Assembly: GCA_964610395.1 (NCBI GenBank)
Contig: CAZSXP010000001.1
Coordinates: 63,342-127,341 of the forward strand
DNA from: an uncultured Gammaproteobacteria bacterium
Lineage (GTDB): Bacteria > Patescibacteriota > Microgenomatia > UBA8517
DNA length: 64,000 nucleotides
Direction: 5' to 3'
The notes under the pieces are model-generated. The model saw only the letters and a program-made list of their open reading frames with translations. It was not told the DNA's origin and did not search any database. This document shows positions 50,944-61,306 of the stretch, one piece after another. Position numbers and translations under genes: made by a program. The first letter of the stretch is position 1. Every line of letters starts with the position of its first letter.

Positions 50944-52458
50944 TTATTTAACCCAAAAATACCGAACATCGTTCAACGAACTTGATTTTACTGGCACTAT
51001 AATTAACACTTTGTTGTTTGTCTCATATACCAAGTATTGTGGAGTATTTGGATCATTGCGATCTACCTCTATTACTAAACCCCAAGCCAATTGATCAGGA
51101 TCAAGCATCAGCCCAGAAAAACCCGATTTTTCTAGAGTAAATGGATCTGATCCAGTTGAATTTATAAATACTTGCCTCGTTTTATTAATTAAGGGAACAA
51201 AATATTCTGCAGACACATATCTTTGTGGTCTATTAATATTGCCAATCTCACTCTCTGGTATCGGCTTATAATTTGTCGGCATCAAATCGGTGGCGTTCTC
51301 TACTGCAAACCGAAGGTCAAAATTACCATTTACATATATTTCCACCCCTGTCTCAGGGTCTATTATCACCACGCCATTTTCGTTCTCAACGATTTTTAGT
51401 CCAACTAGTGGGTAGCCGTATTTTTTAAAATTCACTTTAGCTTGCAAGACTGCCTCGCTCTCCACCCCCCACTTGCCGGTTTCTTTGTCATAGGCATATA
51501 TAACATTTTTGCCATCAATATCTCTATATTGCAAAACATTGTCTTGCCCAAGGTAAATATTTTTTTCTAACTCAGCATTGTTAAGAACAAGCACTTCTCC
51601 ATTCTCCAAAGTAATACTCAAGCCATTTTTATCATATTTGGCATTGGTCATGTCCTTAAGATCAATCCCCGCCTGATCAAATTTTTCTTTTACTTCGGCA
51701 GGCAAGAGGGATTCTGGGGGAATTTCTGGTTTTATTAACATTGCATTAACTTTTGACCCCAATAATCTTTCTGTAGGAACTAAAACTCCTCCTGGAATAA
51801 AGTTTATATTACGAGAAGATAATTCTTCAATCGTCATGTTGGCTACTTCCGCTTCAGATAGTTCTGTATCAAAAATCAAAAGTGATTTTTCAAGATCGTT
51901 ACCTGTTATAGGATCTTGGGTTATTCCAAGTCCTACATTACCCTCAGAACTTAACATTCTATTCAAAACTATATATATTACTTCTCCTTGATCTCCACCA
52001 AAAACCATAGCAGTTCTACCTTTTTCCTCAACCTCTGAAGTTGCGCTGAAAAAAGTGTAAGCTGTTGGTTGTCCGTTTATGTCATAAACTTTAATACCTG
52101 ACGCAGAATATTCAATCGTGCTTGGGTCTTTGAATAAATCTTTAATTCTCTGATCATTAGTAAAAGCTTTAAATGGACCTGCAAGTTTTGTAATAATTTC
52201 TGATTGTTCGATAAATTCATAATCTCCTAAGCCATTAACTACTTCTGTTGAAGTGGGAATAGGAAGTGAGGCAGTTGATTCAGTTCCTGAAGAATTTGGG
52301 ATTGGAGTTGATCCCTCTGCTTGATTTAAAATTACATCTACACCACAGGCAGTAAGAAGTCCAACACCTAATCCATAAATTAATGCTCTCCTTGCTTGTC
52401 CTACTGTAATTTGTTCTTTCATTTGATTATCAAACGATGCAAACTGTATATCTTTCAT
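50944..52458 (-). CDS. Large hypothetical lipoprotein-like protein
   Basis: LLTAC lipobox followed by a P/T/S linker. Confidence 0.6.
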   Translation of the reverse strand: MKDIQFASFDNQMKEQITVGQARRALIYGLGVGLLTACGVDVILNQAEGSTPIPNSSGTESTASLPIPTSTEVVNGLGDYEFIEQSEIITKLAGPFKAFTNDQRIKDLFKDPSTIEYSASGIKVYDINGQPTAYTFFSATSEVEEKGRTAMVFGGDQGEVIYIVLNRMLSSEGNVGLGITQDPITGNDLEKSLLIFDTELSEAEVANMTIEELSSRNINFIPGGVLVPTERLLGSKVNAMLIKPEIPPESLLPAEVKEKFDQAGIDLKDMTNAKYDKNGLSITLENGEVLVLNNAELEKNIYLGQDNVLQYRDIDGKNVIYAYDKETGKWGVESEAVLQAKVNFKKYGYPLVGLKIVENENGVVIIDPETGVEIYVNGNFDLRFAVENATDLMPTNYKPIPESEIGNINRPQRYVSAEYFVPLINKTRQVFINSTGSDPFTLEKSGFSGLMLDPDQLAWGLVIEVDRNDPNTPQYLVYETNNKVLIIVPVKSSSLNDVRYFWVK

Positions 52459-52503
52459 GCTCAGAGTGTAGCAAATTTGCTTCTCTCTATCAAGTCCATA
52501 TAC

Positions 52504-52528
52504 TACAGGATACTTCCCTGTTTGTCAA
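52504..52528 (-). repeat. 25-bp direct repeat containing a promoter, copy 1
   Basis: Minus strand reads TTGACA-AACAGGGAAGTATCCTG-TAGTAT; the 25 bp are identical to 62780-62804. Confidence 0.85.
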
Positions 52529-52601
52529 ATTATAGGTCATATTAATGACTTTAAGATACGAAAATAAACCTAATCTGATTCTTGTGTGCTCATAACGACA
52601 A

Positions 52602-54977
52602 TTATATTAGGAAATTAATAACTTTATGTGGAATATAAACAATTCTACCAATCTTTTTGCCCTCAAGATATTTCCCAATTCTTTCATTATCTCTCGCCAG
52701 TTTCTCAACATTTTTCTGATTTTCTTTGACAATAGCATCAAGTTTCAAAACAGCCTTTTGCTTTCCATTAATCATAACAGTAATTGTTATTTCGTCTTCG
52801 ATAAATCTACTAATTTTTGGCCATAATTGTAGATGAACAGAAGAATTATTATTTATATTTTTATACCAGAGTTCTTCTGTAAGAAACGGTGCAAAAGGTG
52901 CGAGAATAATCAAAAATTTTTTAGAATCTTCTTTAGACAAATATGAATCATCTTTCTCCCAAGCATTCATAAAAATCATTAGACTTGCTACAGCAGTATT
53001 ATGTTTAAGTTTTTCGATATCATCACCAACTTTTTTAATCGTTTTGTTTAAAACAGAAGATAATTCATTTGAAGTTAATTTAGAAAACTTTGATTTATTA
53101 TTGAAAATTCTCCAAATACGGTTTACAAATTTTCTTGTACCTTCTATCCCCGTAGTACTCCATGGCATTGTTTGCTCATATGGACCCATAAAGCTTAAAT
53201 ATAATCTAAGTGCATCACAACCATACTTTTCAATCATGTCATCAGGATTAATCACGTTTCCCTTACTCTTACTCATTTTGGTTCCATCCTCAGCTAAAAT
53301 AATTCCATGTTGACGACGGCTTTGGTAAGGTTCCTTTCCAGGAACCAACTTCAAATCGTTAAGAAATTTATGCCAAAATCTTGAATATAATAAATGAAGT
53401 GTGGTGTGTTCAGCTCCACCTAAATATAAATCAACAGGCATCCAATATTTAAGTTTTTCAAGATCGGCAAGAGTTTTATTGTTTGATGGATCGCAGTATC
53501 TTAGAAAGTACCAAGATGATCCCGCCCAGTTGGGCATTGTGTCTGTTTCTCTTTTGGCTAGTCCACTACACTTTGGACAGTTTGTGTTTACCCAACTATC
53601 GACTTTTGCTAGTGGAGATTCACCGGTTTCAGTGGGTTGATACTTATTCACTGCTGGTAATTTAACTGGCAATTGATTCTCGGGTACAGGAACTAATCCA
53701 CAACTGGGACAATCTATAATAGGTATTGGTTCTCCCCAATAATGCTGTCTAGAGAAAATCCAATCTCTAAGATGATAATTTATTGTTTTTTTGACAACAT
53801 TTTTAAAGTCAGAAACTATTTTTTCTCGAGCGTCTTTAAAGAACATGCCATTGTATCTTTCAGAATTAATTAATTTGTTATCTTTAACAACTTCCAATAC
53901 AGGTAAATTAAATTTGTCGGCAAATTCTTTATCTCGATCATCATGAGCTGGAACTGCCATTATTGCCCCCGTTCCATAACTAGATAAAACAAAATCTGAA
54001 ATCCAAACGGGGATTTTCTTACCGTTCACGGGGTTAAATACTACAAGATCTGTATTTATCCCTGTTTTATCCTTTATAAATTCAAGCCTGTCTCGTTCAG
54101 ATTTATTTAAAGATTTAGAAATATAGTCTGAAATCTCTTTATTTTCTATGGCCAATTTTTTAGATAATTCGTGTTCGGGTGCAATAACAATAAAGGTTGT
54201 ACCAAAAATGGTATCTATGCGTGTTGTAAAAATTTCCAGTTTTTCTATTCCAAAAAATGGTTTCTCAAGAGCAAACTTTACCAACACACCCTCTTTTCGA
54301 CCAATCCAATTTCTTTGCGCCAATTTTACAGGTTCAGGATAATCGACAAGATCTAATTCATCAGCTAGTCTATCTGCATAAGCAGTGATTTTTAAAATCC
54401 ATTGTTTTTGAGTCCTATGTTCAACAGAAGTTCCACAGCGTTCACATTTACCGTCTATTATTTCTTCATTCGCGAGAATTATTTTGTCTTTTGGGCACCA
54501 ACCAACTGGAGCCTCAGATTTATATGCTAAACCTTTTTCAAAAAACTTGAGAAATATCCATTGAGTCCATTTATAGTAATTGGGATCCGTTGTGTTTATT
54601 TCTCTATCCCAGTCATAGGCCAATCCCAATCTTTTCATTTGTTCTCTAAAATGGTCAGTGTTTTTTTTAGTAACAACAACTGGTTGTGTTCCAGTTTTTA
54701 TAGCATAGTTTTCTGTAGGCAATCCAAAAGCATCCCAACCCATCGGATATAAAACATTACAACCTGACATGATTTTCTTCCTAGCAAAAATATCAAGAAT
54801 TGTATTGGTAAAAGCATGTCCTAAATGAAGCCCCTCTCCCGATGGGTATGGAAACTCGACCAAGGCATAAAATTTTGGTTTCCCGCCAAAGTCTTGAGCC
54901 TTATAACTTTTTTGTTTTTCCCATACTTTCAACCATTTTGATTCTGTTAAGCTGTAATTATAGTCAATTGTTTTCAT
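52602..54977 (-). CDS. leuS: Leucyl-tRNA synthetase
   Basis: FPYPSG, HLGH, GWDAFGLP, editing domain TTRIDT/GTGAIMAVPAHD, KMSKS. Confidence 0.96.
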   Translation of the reverse strand: MKTIDYNYSLTESKWLKVWEKQKSYKAQDFGGKPKFYALVEFPYPSGEGLHLGHAFTNTILDIFARKKIMSGCNVLYPMGWDAFGLPTENYAIKTGTQPVVVTKKNTDHFREQMKRLGLAYDWDREINTTDPNYYKWTQWIFLKFFEKGLAYKSEAPVGWCPKDKIILANEEIIDGKCERCGTSVEHRTQKQWILKITAYADRLADELDLVDYPEPVKLAQRNWIGRKEGVLVKFALEKPFFGIEKLEIFTTRIDTIFGTTFIVIAPEHELSKKLAIENKEISDYISKSLNKSERDRLEFIKDKTGINTDLVVFNPVNGKKIPVWISDFVLSSYGTGAIMAVPAHDDRDKEFADKFNLPVLEVVKDNKLINSERYNGMFFKDAREKIVSDFKNVVKKTINYHLRDWIFSRQHYWGEPIPIIDCPSCGLVPVPENQLPVKLPAVNKYQPTETGESPLAKVDSWVNTNCPKCSGLAKRETDTMPNWAGSSWYFLRYCDPSNNKTLADLEKLKYWMPVDLYLGGAEHTTLHLLYSRFWHKFLNDLKLVPGKEPYQSRRQHGIILAEDGTKMSKSKGNVINPDDMIEKYGCDALRLYLSFMGPYEQTMPWSTTGIEGTRKFVNRIWRIFNNKSKFSKLTSNELSSVLNKTIKKVGDDIEKLKHNTAVASLMIFMNAWEKDDSYLSKEDSKKFLIILAPFAPFLTEELWYKNINNNSSVHLQLWPKISRFIEDEITITVMINGKQKAVLKLDAIVKENQKNVEKLARDNERIGKYLEGKKIGRIVYIPHKVINFLI

Positions 54978-55017
54978 AAGCAGGTTAATTTTACCATATC
55001 TGATATAATTTCAGTAA

Positions 55018-56217
55018 ATGTATATACCCAGCCAAAAAGTATTGGAAAAATACGCAGATATACTCGTCAATTTTGCTCTTGGGGGAGGTAAAGGAATTAA
55101 AAAAGGAGAAGTTGTTTTTCTCCAAGTGCCTGAAGCTGCAAAACCACTTTTGAAGGTTTTAAGAATTGCCGTCTTTAAAGCTGGAGGGAACCCGATAACA
55201 AACTACATTCCAGACAACTTTAGTAGAGATTTTTTTGATTATGCAGACGATAAACAAATTAATTTTTTCCCTGCAAAATATTTGAAAGGTAAAATTGAAG
55301 AGATGGATCATGTAATATCAATTATCGCCGAAGCAGACAAATACGAGCTAAAAGGAGTTGATCCTAAAAAAATAATGCTAAACAGTCTTTCAACAAAACC
55401 ATATATGGATTGGCGTAATGAAAAGGAGAACAAAGGAAAATTAACATGGACCCTTGCTATGTATGCAACCAATGTCATGGCAAAAGAAGTCGGAATGAGT
55501 TTGAAAGAATATTGGGAAGAGATAATTAAGGGCTGTTACCTTAAGGAAAAAAAACCAATTAACAAATGGAGACAAACTTTTGCTGAAATTGAAAGAATTA
55601 AAACGAAACTAAACGGTTTGGATATTCAAAAACTAAGAATTCAGGCAAGAGATACAGATTTAATCATCGGAATTGATAAAAATAGGAAATGGCTTGGAGG
55701 GGATGGTAGAAATATTCCAAGTTATGAAATTTTTATCTCTCCAGATTATTCTCAAACAGAAGGGTTTATAAGTTTTAGCGAACCTCTTTATAAATATGGG
55801 GATGTAGTTAAAAATATAAAATTAAGATTTAAAAATGGTAATGTTATTGAATCTGAGGCCTCAGAGGGAAGAGAAATACTAAAGGAAATGATTCGAACAA
55901 AAGGTGCAGATAAAGTAGGTGAATTTTCTTTAACCGACAACCGATTTTCAAAAATTACTAAATTCATGGGAGAAACACTTTTTGATGAGAACATGGGAGG
56001 AAAATATGGCAATACACATATTGCTCTTGGATCTGCTTATAAAGACTCTTATCCAGGTAATTCGACAAAAGTTAAAAAGGAAGACTGGGACAAGATGGGC
56101 TACAACGAATCCTCTGTTCATACAGATATTATTTCTACAACTAACAGAACTATAATAGCCACATTATTTAATGGACAAGACATTCTAGTTTACAAAAATG
56201 GTCAATTTACCCTTTAA
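55018..56217 (+). CDS. M29 aminopeptidase (AmpS/PepS-like)
   Basis: NIPSYEIF, GEFSL, LFDEN, HIALG and HTD motifs. Confidence 0.9.
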   Translation: MYIPSQKVLEKYADILVNFALGGGKGIKKGEVVFLQVPEAAKPLLKVLRIAVFKAGGNPITNYIPDNFSRDFFDYADDKQINFFPAKYLKGKIEEMDHVISIIAEADKYELKGVDPKKIMLNSLSTKPYMDWRNEKENKGKLTWTLAMYATNVMAKEVGMSLKEYWEEIIKGCYLKEKKPINKWRQTFAEIERIKTKLNGLDIQKLRIQARDTDLIIGIDKNRKWLGGDGRNIPSYEIFISPDYSQTEGFISFSEPLYKYGDVVKNIKLRFKNGNVIESEASEGREILKEMIRTKGADKVGEFSLTDNRFSKITKFMGETLFDENMGGKYGNTHIALGSAYKDSYPGNSTKVKKEDWDKMGYNESSVHTDIISTTNRTIIATLFNGQDILVYKNGQFTL

Positions 56218-56370
56218 CATTGGGGTACTGACATTTGGCTCGAACGATGGTATGTTTATAGAACAATTGATTGGGCTTCTAAATAGAATATCCAGAGTTT
56301 ACTCTCCAACAAACCCAACACTTTCTGAGTGCAGATTTCACTATTTAGCCCATTATAGGTTATAATATCG

Positions 56371-57195
56371 GTGATGGGTAAAGAATTTGAAATAGATCGT
56401 AAAAAGGAAAGAATTATTAAGGGCGAGCCGTGGAGTCGCCTATTCAATCCTCTGATTATGGAAGTGTTTCTAGAATATCAACAAGAAGAAGGTGGTGTTC
56501 TTTTTGGGATCACTGGTGATCTGGACAACTTAGGTGTATATGTCGCTAGAAATGGTAGACCAGCTGCTGAGAATCTTGTTGATTTATATAACCAGACAAC
56601 TCGCAATTTCTTAGAAAGATGGACTGTTGAGAATAGACCAAATATAGAAACTTTGTCTTTTGTTCCTAGCGGAGAAGAAGTTTTTATTGTGGGTATTGCA
56701 AACAATGAAAGCACAGCCCAAGATTTATTCAGTCAATTCCAGGGTGGGGTCATGGAATTAATGCAGAGCCAACCCTATATTGATTTAGGAGGAACTTCGG
56801 CGAGTTTTGGTGGTAAAGTTTTTAGAGACGAACTCAATTCTAAAATGAACCACTTAGTAGAAACTGTAAGGCATAATAAATCCGACGAAGAAGTTTTTCC
56901 GCTTTACCTCGAAGTATTATCTGAAATAAGGAGAGAAACTGCTGTTGAACTAGATAAACAAAAATTTAAAGATATTTTAGATGGAAATTATCCAGTCGAA
57001 GTAAGACAATTAGTATTAACCCGCATGCTTTTATATAAAAGAACAACCAGGCAAATAGTGAAATCTTTAAATCAATTATCAGAAAGCGATGTCAAGTCTT
57101 TATTAACTTTGTTGGGCGATATTTATGGAATAGAGCCTGGCAAAGAAGATGATGTGGATGATTTATTGAACGGAATTGCTGGAGGTAAAAAATGA
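56371..57195 (+). CDS. Stand-alone palm-domain protein (GGDEF/Cas10-palm/mCpol-like)
   Basis: ITGDLDNLG, SGEEVFIVG and TSASFG motifs. Confidence 0.55.
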   Translation: MMGKEFEIDRKKERIIKGEPWSRLFNPLIMEVFLEYQQEEGGVLFGITGDLDNLGVYVARNGRPAAENLVDLYNQTTRNFLERWTVENRPNIETLSFVPSGEEVFIVGIANNESTAQDLFSQFQGGVMELMQSQPYIDLGGTSASFGGKVFRDELNSKMNHLVETVRHNKSDEEVFPLYLEVLSEIRRETAVELDKQKFKDILDGNYPVEVRQLVLTRMLLYKRTTRQIVKSLNQLSESDVKSLLTLLGDIYGIEPGKEDDVDDLLNGIAGGKK

Positions 57196-57911
57196 TAAAT
57201 GATAAGAAGTTAATTAATAATCTGATCCTCATTGGTGGCGGAATAATGAGGAAGGGAGAGACTGAAAAAATCGACCGGTGGATGTTGGAAAGAATTAGAA
57301 ATAAGAAGAAAATAAAAAGTCCAAAAGTGCTTTTTGTCTCTTCAGCAAGCGAAGATTTAAAAGAATATGTCCAAGATTTTACCAAGAGATACCAAAGTTA
57401 TGGGGCAACCGTAAAGAGTCTTTTTTTAGTCAAAGAAACTCCGTTGCAAGCAAAAGTCAAAAAGAGTTTTATAAATGCCGACTTAATATATTTTGGTGGA
57501 GGAGAGGCTAATTTACTTTTGGACACTTTTAGAAAATTCGATCTAGAATCAAGTTGTATTAAAGCCGTTGAAAATAATTCTGTGATAAGCGGGCTCAGTG
57601 CTGGCGCAATCGTTTGGGGGAAAAAGTTTTTAACTTTTGATCGCAGAGGAAACAAATTTGTCAATTTCCGAATAGAAAATGGATTAGGTTGGATTAATAA
57701 ACTGATTATCCCCCATTTCGATCCATCTATGTTAAAAAACAAGAAAATATCAAATCTACTAAAATCAAACTTGAATTCTAAAATCCTAGCTATAGGTAAC
57801 GGAACTGCTGCATATTGGAAAGATAAATCTACCCCTCTTTTCAAACGACAAAAAAGGTCTTTCTTGGGAATATCCCTATCAATGAAAGATTTTATTCAAA
57901 AATATGAATAA
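57192..57911 (+). CDS. Peptidase E / S51 family
   Basis: LILIGGG, YFGGG, GLSAGA and PHF motifs. Confidence 0.85.
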   Translation: MINDKKLINNLILIGGGIMRKGETEKIDRWMLERIRNKKKIKSPKVLFVSSASEDLKEYVQDFTKRYQSYGATVKSLFLVKETPLQAKVKKSFINADLIYFGGGEANLLLDTFRKFDLESSCIKAVENNSVISGLSAGAIVWGKKFLTFDRRGNKFVNFRIENGLGWINKLIIPHFDPSMLKNKKISNLLKSNLNSKILAIGNGTAAYWKDKSTPLFKRQKRSFLGISLSMKDFIQKYE

Positions 57912-59052
57912 GGAGAGTTTTTGTTATAAACCAAAAGGTCTTGAAACAGGAGATAAAATCGGATTAGTAAATCCCGTAGGTGAGATGAATCAAAAATATG
58001 CAGAAACTTCTGTACCTAAAGTAATTTCTTACTTAGAAAGAAGAGGTTACCAAGTTGCTGAACAAAAAATTACCAACAGAAAAAGATTTATAGAAGGTAT
58101 ACAAGACCCCGACATCCTCGACGACTATCATGATCCATACTTGACTACTAGCGAGAAGGAAATTCGTTTTAATCCTCACTCTACAAAAAGAAAGAGTTTT
58201 TTGGCATTAAATAATCCTTCTTCCAGAGAAAGGGCACAGCTTTTAAACGAAGCGGTTGCAAATTGTGATGCTATATTTCCCTTAGTTGGTAATAGGTTTG
58301 GCATGGACATAATTGATCATGTCGACTATGCCTCTTTTAGAGAGCGTAGACCTATTTTTGTTACATTTAGTGCCGCCTCGGCGTTTCTTTTACACCTCCA
58401 TCTTAGAACAAATACTGAAGTTTTTTACGGCCCGCATATGCATTTTCTGGCTGGCTATGAAAATGATTATACTGTTTCTTCTTTTTGGAATTTATTGAAA
58501 CAGAGAGGTTCACAATATGTTTTAAGCAATATCTACTCCATTGCTGAGGAACAATCTTTACTATCCTCAGAAAAAATCCCTTTCTTTTCCTATAGAACAA
58601 ACCAAACTTCATCTTTAGTCGCTGGAAAGTTAATGCCCATTTTCCTTTTTAGCTTAACGGAGATTGTAAAACAAGGACGCACCGATTTTAATCCTGAAGG
58701 AATGATTTTAATGGTAGAAGCAGATGAGAGAAACTATGATGATTGTTTTGCTGCATTAGAATTGGTGCACCGACAAACGGATCTTTCCAAACTTTCTGCC
58801 CTGGTTCTTGCTTCATTTATCGCCTTTAAATCAGAAAGCATAGCATTAAGAAATGAATTACTCAGCCCTGTTAATGTTCAAGGGTTCGTCTTAAGAGTAA
58901 GAAGACTCTTAAAGGATAATGTGCCAGTGGTTTACGGTTTTCCAATGGGACACTCTAAATATAAGTTAACAATTCCTATGGGTGTCCAAGCTGAATTAGA
59001 TATTCAAACGGGAAATATAACCTTAAAAGAAAGTCCATTTTCTAATACTTGA
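57904..59052 (+). CDS. S66 LD-carboxypeptidase / MccF-like protein
   Basis: GDKIGLVNP, ERAQ.LN, TFSA (Ser), MVE (Glu) and FPMGH (His), IPMG. Confidence 0.8.
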   Translation: MNKESFCYKPKGLETGDKIGLVNPVGEMNQKYAETSVPKVISYLERRGYQVAEQKITNRKRFIEGIQDPDILDDYHDPYLTTSEKEIRFNPHSTKRKSFLALNNPSSRERAQLLNEAVANCDAIFPLVGNRFGMDIIDHVDYASFRERRPIFVTFSAASAFLLHLHLRTNTEVFYGPHMHFLAGYENDYTVSSFWNLLKQRGSQYVLSNIYSIAEEQSLLSSEKIPFFSYRTNQTSSLVAGKLMPIFLFSLTEIVKQGRTDFNPEGMILMVEADERNYDDCFAALELVHRQTDLSKLSALVLASFIAFKSESIALRNELLSPVNVQGFVLRVRRLLKDNVPVVYGFPMGHSKYKLTIPMGVQAELDIQTGNITLKESPFSNT

Positions 59053-59063
59053 CCAAATTAAAT

Positions 59064-59816
59064 ATGTCAACAAAAGAATGGTATAAACGAACGAATGAAG
59101 GCATCAGCCCTTTTGATATCTCATATATAGAAGAGTTTGAACTTTCTCCAGAAAGAACAGAGCAAGAGTTGAAATCTATAGAGCTTGTTATTTCCGCTAT
59201 GCCTCAAAAGCCTAGAACCCTTGATATAACTGGTAGTTTTGGGCGAATCGGCTCAGAGTTGGTTAGGCGAAAGTTGGTAGACTCGCTTGTAGATTTAGAT
59301 TTAAACGAACAATTTCTACAGATGGCAAGAAAAAATCAAATAACAAAAGCTATTCAGGGAGACATGCGAAATTTGGGTTTCCGAGACAGAAGTTTTGATT
59401 TAGCATTAATTATGTTTACTTCATTTGGCTATTTTGAAGATAAAGATAATTTTATGGTTTTACAAGAAACGTATCGAGTTCTCGACCATGGGGGAATTTT
59501 GATATTAGACTTACCTAACTATAATAGAATTTTCAGTAACTTTTCTTGCACTCGAGAAATGCCGTTAAGAAATGAGGATACTTTAAAATATAGAAAACGA
59601 AGAGAGGGAAAATATTTAATAGAAGAAAGAAGCAGAATAAGAGGAAACGGACAAGAAGAAAATTTGCTACCAATAAAGTTAAGAATCTACCCTTCCGAAG
59701 AGATAGTGAGATTATGTCGAAAAGCTGGTTTCAATGAGGTAAAAACAGCCGATCAGGAACTGAAAGAGTTTTATCCAGATAACTCCAAGCGCCTTTGGGT
59801 TATCAGTGCCAAATAA
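59064..59816 (+). CDS. Class I SAM-dependent methyltransferase
   Basis: LDITGSFGR, GDMR, FTSFGYF and GGILILD motifs. Confidence 0.88.
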   Translation: MSTKEWYKRTNEGISPFDISYIEEFELSPERTEQELKSIELVISAMPQKPRTLDITGSFGRIGSELVRRKLVDSLVDLDLNEQFLQMARKNQITKAIQGDMRNLGFRDRSFDLALIMFTSFGYFEDKDNFMVLQETYRVLDHGGILILDLPNYNRIFSNFSCTREMPLRNEDTLKYRKRREGKYLIEERSRIRGNGQEENLLPIKLRIYPSEEIVRLCRKAGFNEVKTADQELKEFYPDNSKRLWVISAK

Positions 59817-59884
59817 AACTGAGCATGATAGGTTTGATAATCATCTCATCTTTCATAAATTTTCTTACCTGAGACAAATTTTAG

Positions 59885-60030
59885 TCAGATTCGGTTTTTT
59901 CTGTATTTTGTCCAACCTAAACATTCTTTCCTTAGACTTCTGTTAAAACTTTCTATGTAACTTTGTTTATCTGTACAACCTCTCTGGGCTTTGTTGCTTG
60001 AAGTGTCGAATATTAAAGGAAAATACAACG
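59885..60030 (-). mobile_element. IS transposase remnant (rve integrase-core fragment)
   Basis: QSYIESFNRSLRKECLGW matches the DDE/rve C-terminal E motif; remainder missing. Confidence 0.6.
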
Positions 60031-60068
60031 GTAATCCAATTTCTTGACAAGAGGTGTATAATATAAAT

Positions 60069-60140
60069 ATGGAGATAATAGAGGTGGCAGTTCCCACCAA
60101 AGTAGCCAATCTTCTCTGTACAGACGGAGGCGATTACTAA
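60069..60140 (+). CDS. Putative 23-aa RiPP precursor (not in ORF track)
   Basis: MEIIEVAVPTKVANLLCTDGGDY*; TATAAT 6 nt before ATG (leaderless); directly upstream of ThiF-YcaO. Confidence 0.65.
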   Translation: MEIIEVAVPTKVANLLCTDGGDY

Positions 60141-60211
60141 GAACTAAATTTGAATGTCTAGATAGAAGCTCACAAATGTGAGTGGTTTGTTTTTTGTCAA
60201 AAATTAATCCT

Positions 60212-61306
60212 ATGACAAAATTGTATTTTTACAACAATAATTGGGAGTTTTTTGAAAAGAATAACAAATATTATTTTTTTGACGTAGTTACAACAAAACT
60301 TCTCGAACTTGTAATAAAGGAGAAAGAGGAAAAAGTAGCTCTTTTATTTCTTATAAGGGAAGCTTCAAAGCCATCTGAAAAAGAAAACTTAATTTTTAAG
60401 CTCCATAAGAATTTCCCAAAAATAAATATAGATTGGATAAACACTACGTTCAATAATTTATCGAAGGTAGGAGTTCTTAAGGTTGCACTCTCGACTCCAC
60501 AAGAGTTCAAAGGTAGGTATGTTTTGGGTCTTGAGCGTCAATTAGAATTTCTCAATGAAGTTTTTCCAGAACAAGGCAAGTTTAAAATGCAAAAAAAACT
60601 TAAGGATGCAAAAATAACAGTTATTGGGCTGGGTATAGTAGGCCAATCAGTTCTTGTTCCTCTTCTTGCTTCAGGAATAGGCAATTTAACATGCATTGAC
60701 TTTGACACAGTTGAAGAAAGAAACATAGGTAGACAAATTCTCTTTCGCAGAGGTGATAACGGAAAACCAAAAACAGAAGTAATTAAACGATTTATTGTTG
60801 AGAATTATTCGGCAGTTAAGATTAAGACAATAAATAAAAAACTAGACAATGTAAGAAGTATCAAAGCCGCCATAAATGGATCTGATATTGTCATACAATG
60901 TTGTGATTTCCCTCGATATATTATTCACAGACTTATTAACAAAGCGTGTCTTGATCTGAAAATACCCAATCTTCTTCTTGGGTCCTACAGGGCAGGACCT
61001 TTTTGTTTGCCTCACAAAACAGCTTGTTATGGTTGTCTTGAAACTTTACTTAGAGAAAATATGCCTATTTACGATGAAGTTGTTGAAAGGATTTTCAGTC
61101 AAGGAACAAGAAGATTTCCACAACTTATTATAACATCACTTCTTACTGGTGCGCTTGGAGCTAAGGAAATTATAACTTTCTTACTTGACTTACCCACCCA
61201 GACAATCGACGGGTGTCTTCATTTCAATCCTAGAACATTGGAGGTAACCAGAGAACCAATACCAAGACAAAAGAATTGTTATGCTTGTTCCTCTAATGCA
61301 AAATAA
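60212..61306 (+). CDS. ThiF/MccB-like adenylyltransferase with N-terminal RRE-like region
   Basis: GLGIVG, DFDTVEERNIGRQ, GKPK, CYGC and CYAC motifs. Confidence 0.88.
   Translation: MTKLYFYNNNWEFFEKNNKYYFFDVVTTKLLELVIKEKEEKVALLFLIREASKPSEKENLIFKLHKNFPKINIDWINTTFNNLSKVGVLKVALSTPQEFKGRYVLGLERQLEFLNEVFPEQGKFKMQKKLKDAKITVIGLGIVGQSVLVPLLASGIGNLTCIDFDTVEERNIGRQILFRRGDNGKPKTEVIKRFIVENYSAVKIKTINKKLDNVRSIKAAINGSDIVIQCCDFPRYIIHRLINKACLDLKIPNLLLGSYRAGPFCLPHKTACYGCLETLLRENMPIYDEVVERIFSQGTRRFPQLIITSLLTGALGAKEIITFLLDLPTQTIDGCLHFNPRTLEVTREPIPRQKNCYACSSNAK

Noticed and set aside
56220-56370. Possible gene remnant between the aminopeptidase and the palm operon
   Set aside because: Short open frames without start signals or recognisable motifs
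56371-57195. Cas10 or a CRISPR-Cas locus
   Set aside because: Only a single palm-like domain; no cas genes or arrays in the window
59885-60109. 74-aa ORF as an intact gene
   Set aside because: Chimeric reading: only the last ~27 aa resemble a transposase, and the rest is antisense to the precursor and its promoter
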